The translations under genes were made by a program, and so were the position numbers. A model generated the notes under the pieces. That model worked only from the letters and a program-made list of their open reading frames with translations, searched no databases and was not told where the DNA came from. 64,000 nucleotides of DNA. Origin: Sedimentisphaerales bacterium. Lineage in GTDB: Bacteria; Planctomycetota; Phycisphaerae; Sedimentisphaerales; SM23-30. Below, one piece after another: positions 19,024-28,964 of the stretch. The stretch is taken from assembly GCA_963663805.2 (NCBI GenBank), contig CAXXMR010000007.1, forward strand, positions 1 through 64,000, given 5' to 3'. Within the stretch, counting starts at the first letter, position 1; each line of letters opens with the position of its first letter.

Positions 19024-20280
19024 ATGAAGAAACTTATTTTACTGGTAATCGTTTTGGTATTGGTGGCCTTGGGTGTTTATGTTTATCTGAATAAACCCCA
19101 GCCCGCCGAGAGCATTTCGGATTTGCAGTTGAAGGCTGGATTACCGGTCCGCGTATATGAAGTCGCACGTGGAGACTTGATGGAAACTGTTTCGGTTAGT
19201 GGTACGATAGAGCCGATTCAGAAAGTTACTGTCGCCGCGACGGTGATGGAGCGAATCGCGGAACTGCCCGTCAAGGCTGGGCAGAAGGTAGCCCAGGGGG
19301 ATTTGCTGGTGCGGCTCGATACCGATAAGGCGGGATTCCAGGTGGCTCAGGCCCAGGCGAAGGTTAATTTGACGCGTGAGGCGCTGAGACGGCTGGAAAA
19401 CGGCACCCGCCCGGAAGAAATCAGCATCGCCAAGGCTGGCAGGGCAGAAGCCCAGGCACTTTTGGAATTGCTGAAGATTGAAAAAAACCGTCAGGAAAAA
19501 TTATACGCTGAACAGGCCACGACATTACAGCAGGTTCAGGATGTCGAAAATCGTTTCAATAACGCTGCTGCCGCGGTTGAGGCTGCTCAGGCGAATTTTG
19601 AATTAGCGAAAAACGGTCCTCGTCAGGAAGATATCGCCGCGGCGAGGGCGGAGCTGGAATTGTCTGAGGCTCAATTGGCTCAGGCCGAGGATTATCTGGC
19701 GGACCATTACCTCAAGGCACCGTTCGCCGGTCAGGTTGGTTTGACAGATTTTGAGGTAGGCGATGTGGCTGATGTTAATATGGCACTGTTCAAGATGGTG
19801 GATGTCAGCAGGGTTTATCTGAAGGTCGATGTCTCAGAGCTGTATATCTCCAAATTGGAACCGGGCCAATCCGTAACGGTTACGGTAGATGCGCTAAAGG
19901 GTCAGGAATTCGCCGGAACGATCGACCAAATCAACCCGGTAATAAACCAGAAAGATCGTTCTTATATAACCCGCATCCTGATTGATAACGGGGGCGGCAA
20001 GCTGAGAATGGGTATGTTTGGCCGGGCCCATATCGTGATTGACCGGGCCGATAATGCCTTGGCGGTGCCCGCTGACGCTTTACGTAGTGATGAGCAGGGC
20101 GATTATGTTCTGGCTGTCGAGGGCGGTGAAAAAGCGGTGACCCGTCGTTTGGATGTGAAGCCGGGCCGGGTGTTTGATAGTCGGGTAGAGGTTCTGAGTG
20201 GTTTGGCGGGCGGGGAAAGGATTGTCGGGCTGGGCAAGGACATCTCGGCGGATATGAAAGTGACCGTAGTTCAGGATTAA
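19024..20280 (+). CDS. RND efflux periplasmic adaptor
   Basis: N-terminal TM, VKAGQKVAQGDLL lipoyl half-motif, coiled coil, LKAPFAG. Confidence 0.93.
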   Translation: MKKLILLVIVLVLVALGVYVYLNKPQPAESISDLQLKAGLPVRVYEVARGDLMETVSVSGTIEPIQKVTVAATVMERIAELPVKAGQKVAQGDLLVRLDTDKAGFQVAQAQAKVNLTREALRRLENGTRPEEISIAKAGRAEAQALLELLKIEKNRQEKLYAEQATTLQQVQDVENRFNNAAAAVEAAQANFELAKNGPRQEDIAAARAELELSEAQLAQAEDYLADHYLKAPFAGQVGLTDFEVGDVADVNMALFKMVDVSRVYLKVDVSELYISKLEPGQSVTVTVDALKGQEFAGTIDQINPVINQKDRSYITRILIDNGGGKLRMGMFGRAHIVIDRADNALAVPADALRSDEQGDYVLAVEGGEKAVTRRLDVKPGRVFDSRVEVLSGLAGGERIVGLGKDISADMKVTVVQD

Positions 20281-20343
20281 TCAGCATCTAAGATAAGCAA
20301 CAAATAACAATGATGCAAACAATATAACTATTGAGATAAAGTT

Positions 20344-23300
20344 ATGAATTTTATTAAGACATGTATTTCCCGGCCCGTATTGGTGGCGATGATAATGACG
20401 ACCCTGGCGGGGCTGGGTGTTTTCTGCTGGACGCAGTTGTCGCAGGAGTTATTCCCGGATGTCGAGTTCCCGGTCGTAACGGTGGTGACCCGTTATGAAG
20501 GTTCCGGCCCGGAAGAAATCGAGCAGTTGATAAGTAAGAAGCTCGAAGACGAAATCAGTACGGTCGAGGGTATCAAATATCTCAACAGTATTTCTCAGCA
20601 GGGGATGAGCCTGGTAATCGCCGAGTTTTATTTGGGTACCGATGTCGATGTTGCCGCCGCGGATGTGCGGGCCAAGGTCGATGTGGTCCGCAACGATCTG
20701 CCCGAAGAAGCCGACGACCCGATCGTAGAGAAATTCGACTTTAACGCTCAGCCGATAATGACGCTGGCGATTTCCGCGCCGCGGAGTTTGCGGGAAGTTT
20801 TCCAGATGGCTGATGAGCGGGTCAAGGACCGCATTTCAACAGTGCCCGATGTTGCTTCGGTGGAAATCACCGGCGGCGAGGAACGGGAGATTCATATCCT
20901 CGCCAACCAGCAGCGTTTGCGGGCTTACGGTTTGAGTATCGTTGATTTGCTCGGTGCGGTATCAGCGGCGAACCTGGAATCGCCGGGCGGTTATATTCGC
21001 CAGAACAGTCGTGAATTTAATATTCGACTTCGGGGGAAATTTAAAAATCTGGATGAGATACGCAATATGCGGGTGATGCTGCCGACGGGGGGCAGTGTTT
21101 ATCTGCGTGAGTTGGCGGAGGTAAAGGATACTTATAAGGATATTCGCGAGAAGGCCCGGACCGATGGCAAAGTTTGTGTGGGCATGACGATTCAAAAACG
21201 TGCCGGGGGTAATGCGGTAGCTGTTGATGCCGGGGTGCGTGAACAGATTGAGAAGCTCAAGAAAATTCTGCCCGATGATTATGAGATTCTGGTAATTGAC
21301 GAGAGCGCCACCTGGATAACCTCTTCGGTTGCCAATGTGCGTGATAATATGATAAGCGGGATTATCCTCACCGCGATTACCCTGCTGATATTCCTGCATA
21401 GTTTTCGCAGCGTGATTATTATTTCGCTGACCATGCCGGTATCGGTACTGGCAACATTTATCATTATGTACCTCGCCGGCTTCACGCTGAATATGATGAG
21501 CCTGATGGGTTTGGCGATGACGGTGGGTGTGCTGGTAAATAACGCGATTCTGGTTTTGGAGAACATTTATCGTTATTTACAGTTGGGCCACGACCCGATC
21601 CGGGCCGCCAATGAAGGCACTTCTGAGATCGCCGTCGCGGTCGCTTCGACGACCCTTACCAACGTGGTGGTGTTTGTGCCTATCGCGTTTATGGGCGGTA
21701 TTGTGGGCCAGTTCTTCAAGGACTTTGGCCTGACCGCTACGTTCGCCACGATAGTATCGCTGTTTGTTTCATTTACGCTGGCGCCGATGATGGCCGCGAA
21801 ATTGCTGAGCCAGAACGCGATCGCGATTAACAAGCAAAATTTCATGGGCAGGTTCGGCCGCTGGTTCGAAAAGCACCTCGACAACTTAAAAGACAGTTAC
21901 GCCGGCGGCTTACACTGGTGTCTGCGTCACCGGTGGCTGCTGATTATCGTAGTTTTCTTCATGCTGATTGGCTCGTTTATGCTGGCCGGTCAGATCGGCA
22001 GCGAGTTCATCACCAATATGGACCAGGGCAAGTTTACCGTTATGCTGGAAATGCCGGTTGGTACACGTCTGGAAGAAACTGACGCTGCGATGGCCGGGAT
22101 TGAAGAGGTGCTTGCCGATAAGAAAGTTCTGCCGGAGTTGATTACCATGTTTTCCCTGATAGGCACGACGATGGGTGGCGATGTCGGCGGGGCCAGTCAG
22201 GCGGTTAATATTGGTCAGATGATAGTGCAGATTCTGCCCAAGGATGAGCGTGACCTCAGCACTACCGAGGTGATGGACCGTTTACGCCCATCACTCGCTG
22301 CGGCGAACATTCCCGGCGCCAATATCAAGATTCTGGAAATTAGCGGCGGCGGCGGGGGCGAAGCGCCGATTCAGATGGAAATCATCGGTGATGATATTTC
22401 CCGGCTGTACGAATTTTCAGTTCAGGCCATGAAAATCATGAACAACCCCGAACGTGTACCCGGCGCGGTTGATATTGACACGAATTATCGTCTCGGCCAG
22501 CCGGAACTGCGAATTATTCCCGACCGCGAGAAGTGTCTGGATAACGGAGTGAACAGCCGTTACCTTTCCTCCGTTGTCGCCGCGACATTCGAGGGATTGC
22601 TGGCCGGTGAATATCGCGAAGGTGCGTTCGATTACGACATTCGCGTCAAGGCCGACGAGGATTCCCGCAAAGTTATCGCCGATATTTCGGAGTTGACGAT
22701 AATGAACGCCGCGGGTCGGCTGATACCTCTGCCGCAACTGGCGGAGATCAAACAGACCACCGGCCCATCCCAGATTTTCCGCAAGAACCGCCAGAATATG
22801 ATTAAGGTTACTTGCGATGTAAGCGGCAGCAGTCCCGGCCAGGTCGTCGCCGCTGTCAATCGCGAATTGGAACCCTTGCTGCGTGAATACCCGGAGGTGA
22901 CCGTGTTCTTCGGCGGCGAGGTCGAGCGGATGCAGGAAAGTTTCGCGCGTATGGGCGTTGCGCTTATCATGGCGGTTTGCCTGACGTATATGCTGTTGGC
23001 TGCCCTGTTGGAGTCGTTCACTCAGCCGCTGATAATTATGGTCTCACTGCCGCTGAGTTTGATTGGTGTTTTCGCAGCCTTGTTCCTGATGGGCGGGACA
23101 TTCTCGATCTTCTCGATTATGTCAATCGTCATGCTCGTCGGCCTGGTAATCAATAACAGTATCATCGTGATTGACTATATCAATATCCTGCGTAAGCAGG
23201 GCAAGGGCCGCACCGATGCGATTATCGAGTCGGGCACAACCCGCCTGCGCCCGATCCTCATGGCGAACCTCACTACGGTTATCGCCCTGATTCCGCTGGC

Positions 23301-23466
23301 AATGGGCAGCGGCTGGGGCGGCGAGATGCGAGCCCCCATGGCGATGGTACAGATCGGCGGACTTCTCGCCGGCGGCTGGATGGGCCTGCTGGTCGTGCCG
23401 GTAATCTACACCATCAGCGATGATTTCAATAACTGGGTTAGACGACTGATATTTGGCCGGGGCTGA
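20344..23466 (+). CDS. AcrB/AcrD/AcrF family RND permease
   Basis: 1040 aa; FPDVEFP, GVLVNNAILVLENI and RLRPILM motifs. Confidence 0.96.
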   Translation: MNFIKTCISRPVLVAMIMTTLAGLGVFCWTQLSQELFPDVEFPVVTVVTRYEGSGPEEIEQLISKKLEDEISTVEGIKYLNSISQQGMSLVIAEFYLGTDVDVAAADVRAKVDVVRNDLPEEADDPIVEKFDFNAQPIMTLAISAPRSLREVFQMADERVKDRISTVPDVASVEITGGEEREIHILANQQRLRAYGLSIVDLLGAVSAANLESPGGYIRQNSREFNIRLRGKFKNLDEIRNMRVMLPTGGSVYLRELAEVKDTYKDIREKARTDGKVCVGMTIQKRAGGNAVAVDAGVREQIEKLKKILPDDYEILVIDESATWITSSVANVRDNMISGIILTAITLLIFLHSFRSVIIISLTMPVSVLATFIIMYLAGFTLNMMSLMGLAMTVGVLVNNAILVLENIYRYLQLGHDPIRAANEGTSEIAVAVASTTLTNVVVFVPIAFMGGIVGQFFKDFGLTATFATIVSLFVSFTLAPMMAAKLLSQNAIAINKQNFMGRFGRWFEKHLDNLKDSYAGGLHWCLRHRWLLIIVVFFMLIGSFMLAGQIGSEFITNMDQGKFTVMLEMPVGTRLEETDAAMAGIEEVLADKKVLPELITMFSLIGTTMGGDVGGASQAVNIGQMIVQILPKDERDLSTTEVMDRLRPSLAAANIPGANIKILEISGGGGGEAPIQMEIIGDDISRLYEFSVQAMKIMNNPERVPGAVDIDTNYRLGQPELRIIPDREKCLDNGVNSRYLSSVVAATFEGLLAGEYREGAFDYDIRVKADEDSRKVIADISELTIMNAAGRLIPLPQLAEIKQTTGPSQIFRKNRQNMIKVTCDVSGSSPGQVVAAVNRELEPLLREYPEVTVFFGGEVERMQESFARMGVALIMAVCLTYMLLAALLESFTQPLIIMVSLPLSLIGVFAALFLMGGTFSIFSIMSIVMLVGLVINNSIIVIDYINILRKQGKGRTDAIIESGTTRLRPILMANLTTVIALIPLAMGSGWGGEMRAPMAMVQIGGLLAGGWMGLLVVPVIYTISDDFNNWVRRLIFGRG

Positions 23467-23537
23467 AAGGGTTGTGTCAGATAGCGAACGTTGATGAGGC
23501 GAGACTAAAATATGAAGAAGTTAAATAGCTATTAAAA

Positions 23538-26500
23538 TCAAAATATCTTATCTAGCTGAATTTTTTTAAGTATTTCAAATATGACAGCGCCGCTCAAAGA
23601 GTGGATTATCGGGATAGAGTTTTTGATCATGAAAATTTTAATGTTTTCGAGAATTTGTATTTTATCTTCTTCTGAACAGGCAATTTTCATTTCTTGTATG
23701 AGTTTCGATACGGATTTTCGTTTTTTTTGGTCAAGCTTTTGAAGATAATTTATGAAGAGTTCGATTTGTTCATCAGTAACTACCGTAAATTCAATAATTT
23801 CTCCCAGGATAGATTTGATATCGACCATCTCATAACTTTCGCCACATTCAACCCTATCTTTGTTGTTTTTGATGCGATCTTCTAATTTGTTGATTTCATA
23901 TAGATACTTTTTGTCGCTTTCGCAACAGGTTTTGCATGTACATTCCACCTGTTCCTTTACAGGAGGATTGTTTAATGTGTTATGAATATGATCAAATTCC
24001 TTTCTTATAATAGCTAATAGTCCTTTGCGGTTTATACCGACTAATCTTAATACTATACGACGATTGAAGCGTTCGCATTCAATTAAGGCATTTGTTCCTT
24101 TTCGTTCAAGTACCACTCCGTTTTTCCAGTAAAAAGAATCTTTGTGAATAGAGTGATTTCTGGCGATAAATCTTTCGATAATCCCGGCTGGCATAAAATC
24201 ATATTTATATTCAAGACGGGTATTGTCCTTATAATTCCAATCAAGACCATCCGGCTTTTCAGCTTTAAGTAGCTCCGGTACTATATATTCGGCATTGTTG
24301 CCAAGTTTGAAGCAAATTTCAAATTTTATCATCAGTTCCAGCAGGGCGGCGTGTTTGTCTTCTGGGTAATTCTGCCAGATGTGACGTAATTGTTCGTAAG
24401 TAAATCTACCGTAATTGTCGCGAACAAATTCATTATCCAGAACCATATAGGCGGCATCGGTAGCCCATTCCGGATTGAGAAATATCACCGGATGTAATAT
24501 CGGGTCGTCTTCAAAATGCAAGAACACTCCTAGATCATGATAATACCTGCTCAAATGTTCGGCCTGTTCTGCATCCAATCCGAATTCCAGGCATATTTCT
24601 TGGTATTTTTCAAAAGAAATACTATTTTCTTCTAATGATTCCAGCCGTTCTCTAATCCTGTTCCATACGATAGGTAAATCATTGCCGACCAGTTCCAGTT
24701 TGCCGACCTCCTCGAAGATTTCCTTGCGAAGATTGTCTATTCCTTGTCCGGTTTTGGCGCTGACCTTGTGGAAAGCGATGATATTAGGGAAATTTTCCTT
24801 GATGCCTTTCTGGTCGATTTCCTTGCTTCGTTCATCAGACTTATTCATGGCTACAATTACCGGGGAATTATTACTAAGCAGACTGATAACATTAAGCCAA
24901 TAAGCAAAGCTGAGTATATCATCGTCTTGCCGAGCCTCCCAGACGAATAGATATAATGACCTTCTTGTAAGAAAATACTGATGGGTTGCGTGATATATTT
25001 CTTGCCCGCCGAAATCCCAGAAATTGATTCGGAAATTATCGACCCCGGCGGCATTAACTATCCAGTTATGAATGTCTATCCCTTCGGTGGTTCCATCTTC
25101 TTTTCCCTCAGGAATTTTGTTAGATACGAGGCGGTTAAGTAACCATGTTTTGCCAACTTTTCCGGCTCCGACAATCAGTAGCTTGGCTTCATAAAGTTTT
25201 TCAACTCCATCTTTCAGTAGTTCAAAATAATTTCTGATGGCTTCGCGACCTTGTGCGGCAATCTCAATTGGAGGACTCTCCAACGGATTGCCAAATAAAT
25301 TGATGTCACGAGTGGCCCAGCCATCTTGGCAAATGATTTGCATGTTTATATTTGTAATCCAGGGTCGTAGCTTTGTTAGTTCGTTGTTTTTTAGATTTAA
25401 CTTTGATAAAGAAGTGAGTTTGTTTATTTCGTCAGGTAAATCTTTTAGTCGATTAGTGCATAAATCTAACTTATTTAATTTTGTGAGTTTTCCTATTTCT
25501 GGCGGCAGTTCAGTTATTTCATTGTAACTAAGATCTAATTCACGTAAATAATTTAGCGTTCCGATTTTCGTTGACAATTGTTTAATATTATTGCCGCTTA
25601 GGATGACGCTTTCTAGTTTGGAGAGCTGAAATATTTCTTCGGGTATTTCTTGTAATAGAATGTTGTGTGCATCTAAGTAATATAGTGATTTAAGTAGTCC
25701 TATTTCCGTTGGTAATGATTGAAGAGGATTGTTGCTAACATCTAATATCTCTAAGCAAGATAATTTGCCTATATTACGAGGGAGACCGTTTATTCTATTA
25801 GAAGCAAGATCGAGTGTGGTTAGAGAAGTTAGTTTTTCAATTTCTGGAGGGATATAATCTAAGTTGTTCTGTCGGAGCTCTAACTTTTGCAAGGAGCTTG
25901 TCAGGGCGATTTCTTTTGGCAAAATGTTGAGGGAGTTTGTGCTTATGTTCAGATTATTTAGTTTTTCAAGATGTCCGATTGCTGTTGGGAGGGTTTTTAG
26001 GCAATTATTTTGAAGTTTAAGTGACTGAAGTGATTTAAGATGTTTTATTTCATCTGGAAGTTCGCATAAGTTGTTATTACAGAGAAATAAAGTTTCCAAA
26101 ACAACAAGCTTGCCAATTGTTTCTGGAATATAATGTATTAGATTATTTGTAAGATAAAGTTGCTCAAGACAAATTAGTTCGCCAATTTCATCTGGTAATG
26201 AATCCAGTATATTATCATTAACACTTAATATTTTTAAGTGTTTTAGGTGTTTAATTTCTTTGGGGATTTCATGTAAATTATTACCGCTCAGATACAGTCC
26301 TTGGAGGGATGAAAGTTTGCCAATGTCATCGGTAAGATAATCAAGCTGGTTATTATATAGGATCAGTTCTTGTAATGTATTTATTTTGCATATGGGAGTT
26401 ATGTCTTTAATTTCGATAGCACTCAGATTTATGGCTATTATTTTATTTTTAATTTCAATAAAACCTCTCGGAGTACATCTTAATGTATCTAGACTTTTTT

Positions 26501-26570
26501 GTTTACTGAGTACTATTCCTAATTCTTCTTCAAGCTGTAAAATAATTTCTGGTTTAGTTTTTTTTGTCAT
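23538..26570 (-). CDS. Roco protein: LRR array + Roc GTPase + COR + short helical C-terminus
   Basis: About 15 LxxLxLxxNxL repeats; GAGKVGKT, TEGI, WDFGGQEIYHATHQYFLT, NKSD and VSAK motifs; COR motifs YYHDLG and FMPAGI. Confidence 0.93.
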   Translation of the reverse strand: MTKKTKPEIILQLEEELGIVLSKQKSLDTLRCTPRGFIEIKNKIIAINLSAIEIKDITPICKINTLQELILYNNQLDYLTDDIGKLSSLQGLYLSGNNLHEIPKEIKHLKHLKILSVNDNILDSLPDEIGELICLEQLYLTNNLIHYIPETIGKLVVLETLFLCNNNLCELPDEIKHLKSLQSLKLQNNCLKTLPTAIGHLEKLNNLNISTNSLNILPKEIALTSSLQKLELRQNNLDYIPPEIEKLTSLTTLDLASNRINGLPRNIGKLSCLEILDVSNNPLQSLPTEIGLLKSLYYLDAHNILLQEIPEEIFQLSKLESVILSGNNIKQLSTKIGTLNYLRELDLSYNEITELPPEIGKLTKLNKLDLCTNRLKDLPDEINKLTSLSKLNLKNNELTKLRPWITNINMQIICQDGWATRDINLFGNPLESPPIEIAAQGREAIRNYFELLKDGVEKLYEAKLLIVGAGKVGKTWLLNRLVSNKIPEGKEDGTTEGIDIHNWIVNAAGVDNFRINFWDFGGQEIYHATHQYFLTRRSLYLFVWEARQDDDILSFAYWLNVISLLSNNSPVIVAMNKSDERSKEIDQKGIKENFPNIIAFHKVSAKTGQGIDNLRKEIFEEVGKLELVGNDLPIVWNRIRERLESLEENSISFEKYQEICLEFGLDAEQAEHLSRYYHDLGVFLHFEDDPILHPVIFLNPEWATDAAYMVLDNEFVRDNYGRFTYEQLRHIWQNYPEDKHAALLELMIKFEICFKLGNNAEYIVPELLKAEKPDGLDWNYKDNTRLEYKYDFMPAGIIERFIARNHSIHKDSFYWKNGVVLERKGTNALIECERFNRRIVLRLVGINRKGLLAIIRKEFDHIHNTLNNPPVKEQVECTCKTCCESDKKYLYEINKLEDRIKNNKDRVECGESYEMVDIKSILGEIIEFTVVTDEQIELFINYLQKLDQKKRKSVSKLIQEMKIACSEEDKIQILENIKIFMIKNSIPIIHSLSGAVIFEILKKIQLDKIF

Positions 26571-26784
26571 GATTATGCTGCCATTCTTTTCGGACCGAAT
26601 ATTATTTGTCGTCTAATCTTAAAAACTCGCGAGAGAATATTCTAGCAGACCACCAGATAAATTCAACAGAAATTTATGGATATGCCCGATCGGGCCGCTG
26701 GACGGGTAATAGCCGGGACAGAACGGGGAGCCCCGGGGGGAATCATGATTATTCAGGGCAAAGGGGAACTTTCAGGCGCAGATA

Positions 26785-27480
26785 TCAAATCGCCACGGCC
26801 AGTTTATCCGCGGCGGCGGGTTCGGGGGCAATTTGCGGTTTGATTGCCGTCGTCGGCAATGCCGCCCGGGCGGTGGTTACTTCGTTGCTGGGGCAGCTGG
26901 AGCCGTTTTCGTTGGCGGCTATGACGCGGAAGCGGGTTGCTTCATCGCTGTAGAAATCAGATTCCCCGAGCCGGTAATGGTTATCGAAGGTAATGGCTGC
27001 CAGCTGCCAGGGGCAGCGATTATCCATCCGGCGTTTCTGGATGAGATAATGACGGACGGGGCGGCGGGTGCTGTAGGTGGATTTCCGCCAGTGCAGAGTT
27101 AAACTGTTTTCGCCGAGATATTCCAGAGTCAGATTGCCCGGCTGCTGCGGCGGTAAGGTGGCAGCGTTTTTCTTGCGGTCGTTGATACCGATAAGGTTCA
27201 TCTGCTGCGGGGCGGCGGCGGTATCGACCTGAGCCTGCCTTATTTGCCCCTTCATTTCCTGTTGAAGTCTATCTAAAACTTCGGCCTTGGCAATCGCCGC
27301 GCATTTCGCGGCGGCCTGCGCTTCCTGCAAGCGAAACGTCGCTTCCTGAAAGCTCTCAATCACACTAAGCAGCTCGGCGGGGTTGCCGTGCGTAAAGATA
27401 TCCGGGTGAAGTTCCAGACCGCTGACCATACGCCTAGCCAGAGCGAGAATGTCGGCGTTGTTACGTGGAAACTGGGACAT
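26785..27480 (-). CDS. Helical N-terminus + fibronectin type III domain protein
   Basis: PQQPGNL...LTLHW...YLIQ...FRVIAANENGSS FN3 pattern; GGAGGT RBS. Confidence 0.75.
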   Translation of the reverse strand: MSQFPRNNADILALARRMVSGLELHPDIFTHGNPAELLSVIESFQEATFRLQEAQAAAKCAAIAKAEVLDRLQQEMKGQIRQAQVDTAAAPQQMNLIGINDRKKNAATLPPQQPGNLTLEYLGENSLTLHWRKSTYSTRRPVRHYLIQKRRMDNRCPWQLAAITFDNHYRLGESDFYSDEATRFRVIAANENGSSCPSNEVTTARAALPTTAIKPQIAPEPAAADKLAVAI

Positions 27481-27499
27481 GTAAACCTCCGGTTTTAGA

Positions 27500-27796
27500 A
27501 GTCAGTTGTCAGAAATCAGAATTCAGCAAAAATATTTAGCCGCGGATTACCCGGATTTCGCGGATTACGATTTATTCTTTCCATACATGTTTTTTAAAAT
27601 CTGCGTCCATCTGCGTTATCTGTGGATTGTATATATTTTTCTTATCCGCAGATCAAAAATTAAACAAGATTATTAATCAGGCACTCCTGTCCCGCAATAT
27701 TCGCCGTTAAAAATCCGCGTCAATCCGTGTAATCCGCGGTTCCCTGCTCTTAATCGTTAATCTGCTGACTTCTGAATACTGATCTCTGATGTCTGA
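27500..27796. repeat. Nested inverted repeats (tcagaa heptamer arms outside ccgcggattac arms)
   Basis: 27538-27566 pairs imperfectly with 27712-27741; 27502-27527 pairs imperfectly with 27762-27796. Confidence 0.7.
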
Positions 27797-28077
27797 TTTA
27801 AAATGGCTGCCGACTGCCCGGGTCGTAAAACAACCGCTCCGGGCAATCGGCTTTTCCTAAATCGCAAAATATCACAAATAAAAATACTGCTAAAAACAAT
27901 CGGCTGAACTTATCCGATCGCAGAATTATCATCGAACCAATCGCCGACAGAGTTTAGCCAAAAAGATCATTATTTCGCCCGAACGGTAGGCCCGAACGCC
28001 TAAGTATAGTTTCTGTGCATAGTTACGAAGAATATTTCGTTAAAAAAACCGAGCATTTTATTTTTACATCTATCAAA

Positions 28078-28308
28078 TGTAAATTTACATCTGTCATATG
28101 TAAAATTGCATTCGCCACATGTAAATTTGCAAATGGCCCCTGTAAAAATGTATTCGTCGCATGTAAATTTGCATCTGCCGTATGCAAAATTACATTCGAT
28201 GGATGTAAATTCGCAAATGCCGAATGTAAAATTGTATGCGGCAAATGCAAAATTGTATCTGTCAGATGTGAACTTACATCGGACCGATACAAATTTACTT
28301 TGTCCCGA
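28078..28308. repeat. Degenerate 21-bp tandem array, 11 units, palindromic core ATGTAAATTTACAT
   Basis: Units start at 28078, 28099, 28120, 28141, 28162, 28183, 28204, 28225, 28246, 28267 and 28288. Confidence 0.9.
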
Positions 28309-28964
28309 TTCTTTCGTCGGCGGACCGATGTAAATTTGATTTACTCCGAATCTTCCGCCGCCGAACCAATATAAATTGACATCACCCCGCCGACTTTATC
28401 AACAGGGCGGATAAATAAGCATTATTGCCCCGATAAGCCGGGGACGGTGCTGCTTAACGCCGGAATCTCCGGCGGCGGGAATTATAAGAAAACCGACTGG
28501 AATCTAACACCTCAAGTTTGTTATTCTCCGCCGGGCGAATAATCCGGCTCAGGCCTCATGTCTGGCCGGTTTCCCCCCCGGCTAACGCCCTGAGGATAGT
28601 TCCGCTATAGATTTGCCGTGTCGGAGAGTATATGGTCAAATATCCCCCTGCACATTTGATTTTTCTGGCTTGCCGAGAGCGGCGGAGCGGAGCTGACAGG
28701 TGATATTGTTTCGATGAGCCGGGAGGGAAGTGCTGCTTTTTGCGGATGGTTACTCTTTTAATAGCAAGGGTTAAGCGGAAATTTTATCGCTTGATTATTT
28801 CTGTTGATGGCCGCAATAAATTGCGGTATATTAAATTCTCAGATGGGCTGTCCTTTAATATCTGTATCGTTTGTTTTGTGAGGCCTGTATCGTACTCTAT
28901 TGGCGTGATGGGTTAGGTATGAGTGTTTATGAACATTTTTTAATTGCAAGTATGAGGGTTAATT

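Noticed and set aside
28078..28308. CRISPR array
   Set aside because: The period is only 21 bp, the variable parts are about 7 bp, the cores are degenerate and there are no cas genes in the window.
28540..28625. c-di-GMP-I riboswitch-like GGCAAA...stem on the - strand
   Set aside because: The resemblance is only partial and the GNRA/receptor and P2 consensus are not matched; an Infernal scan would be needed.
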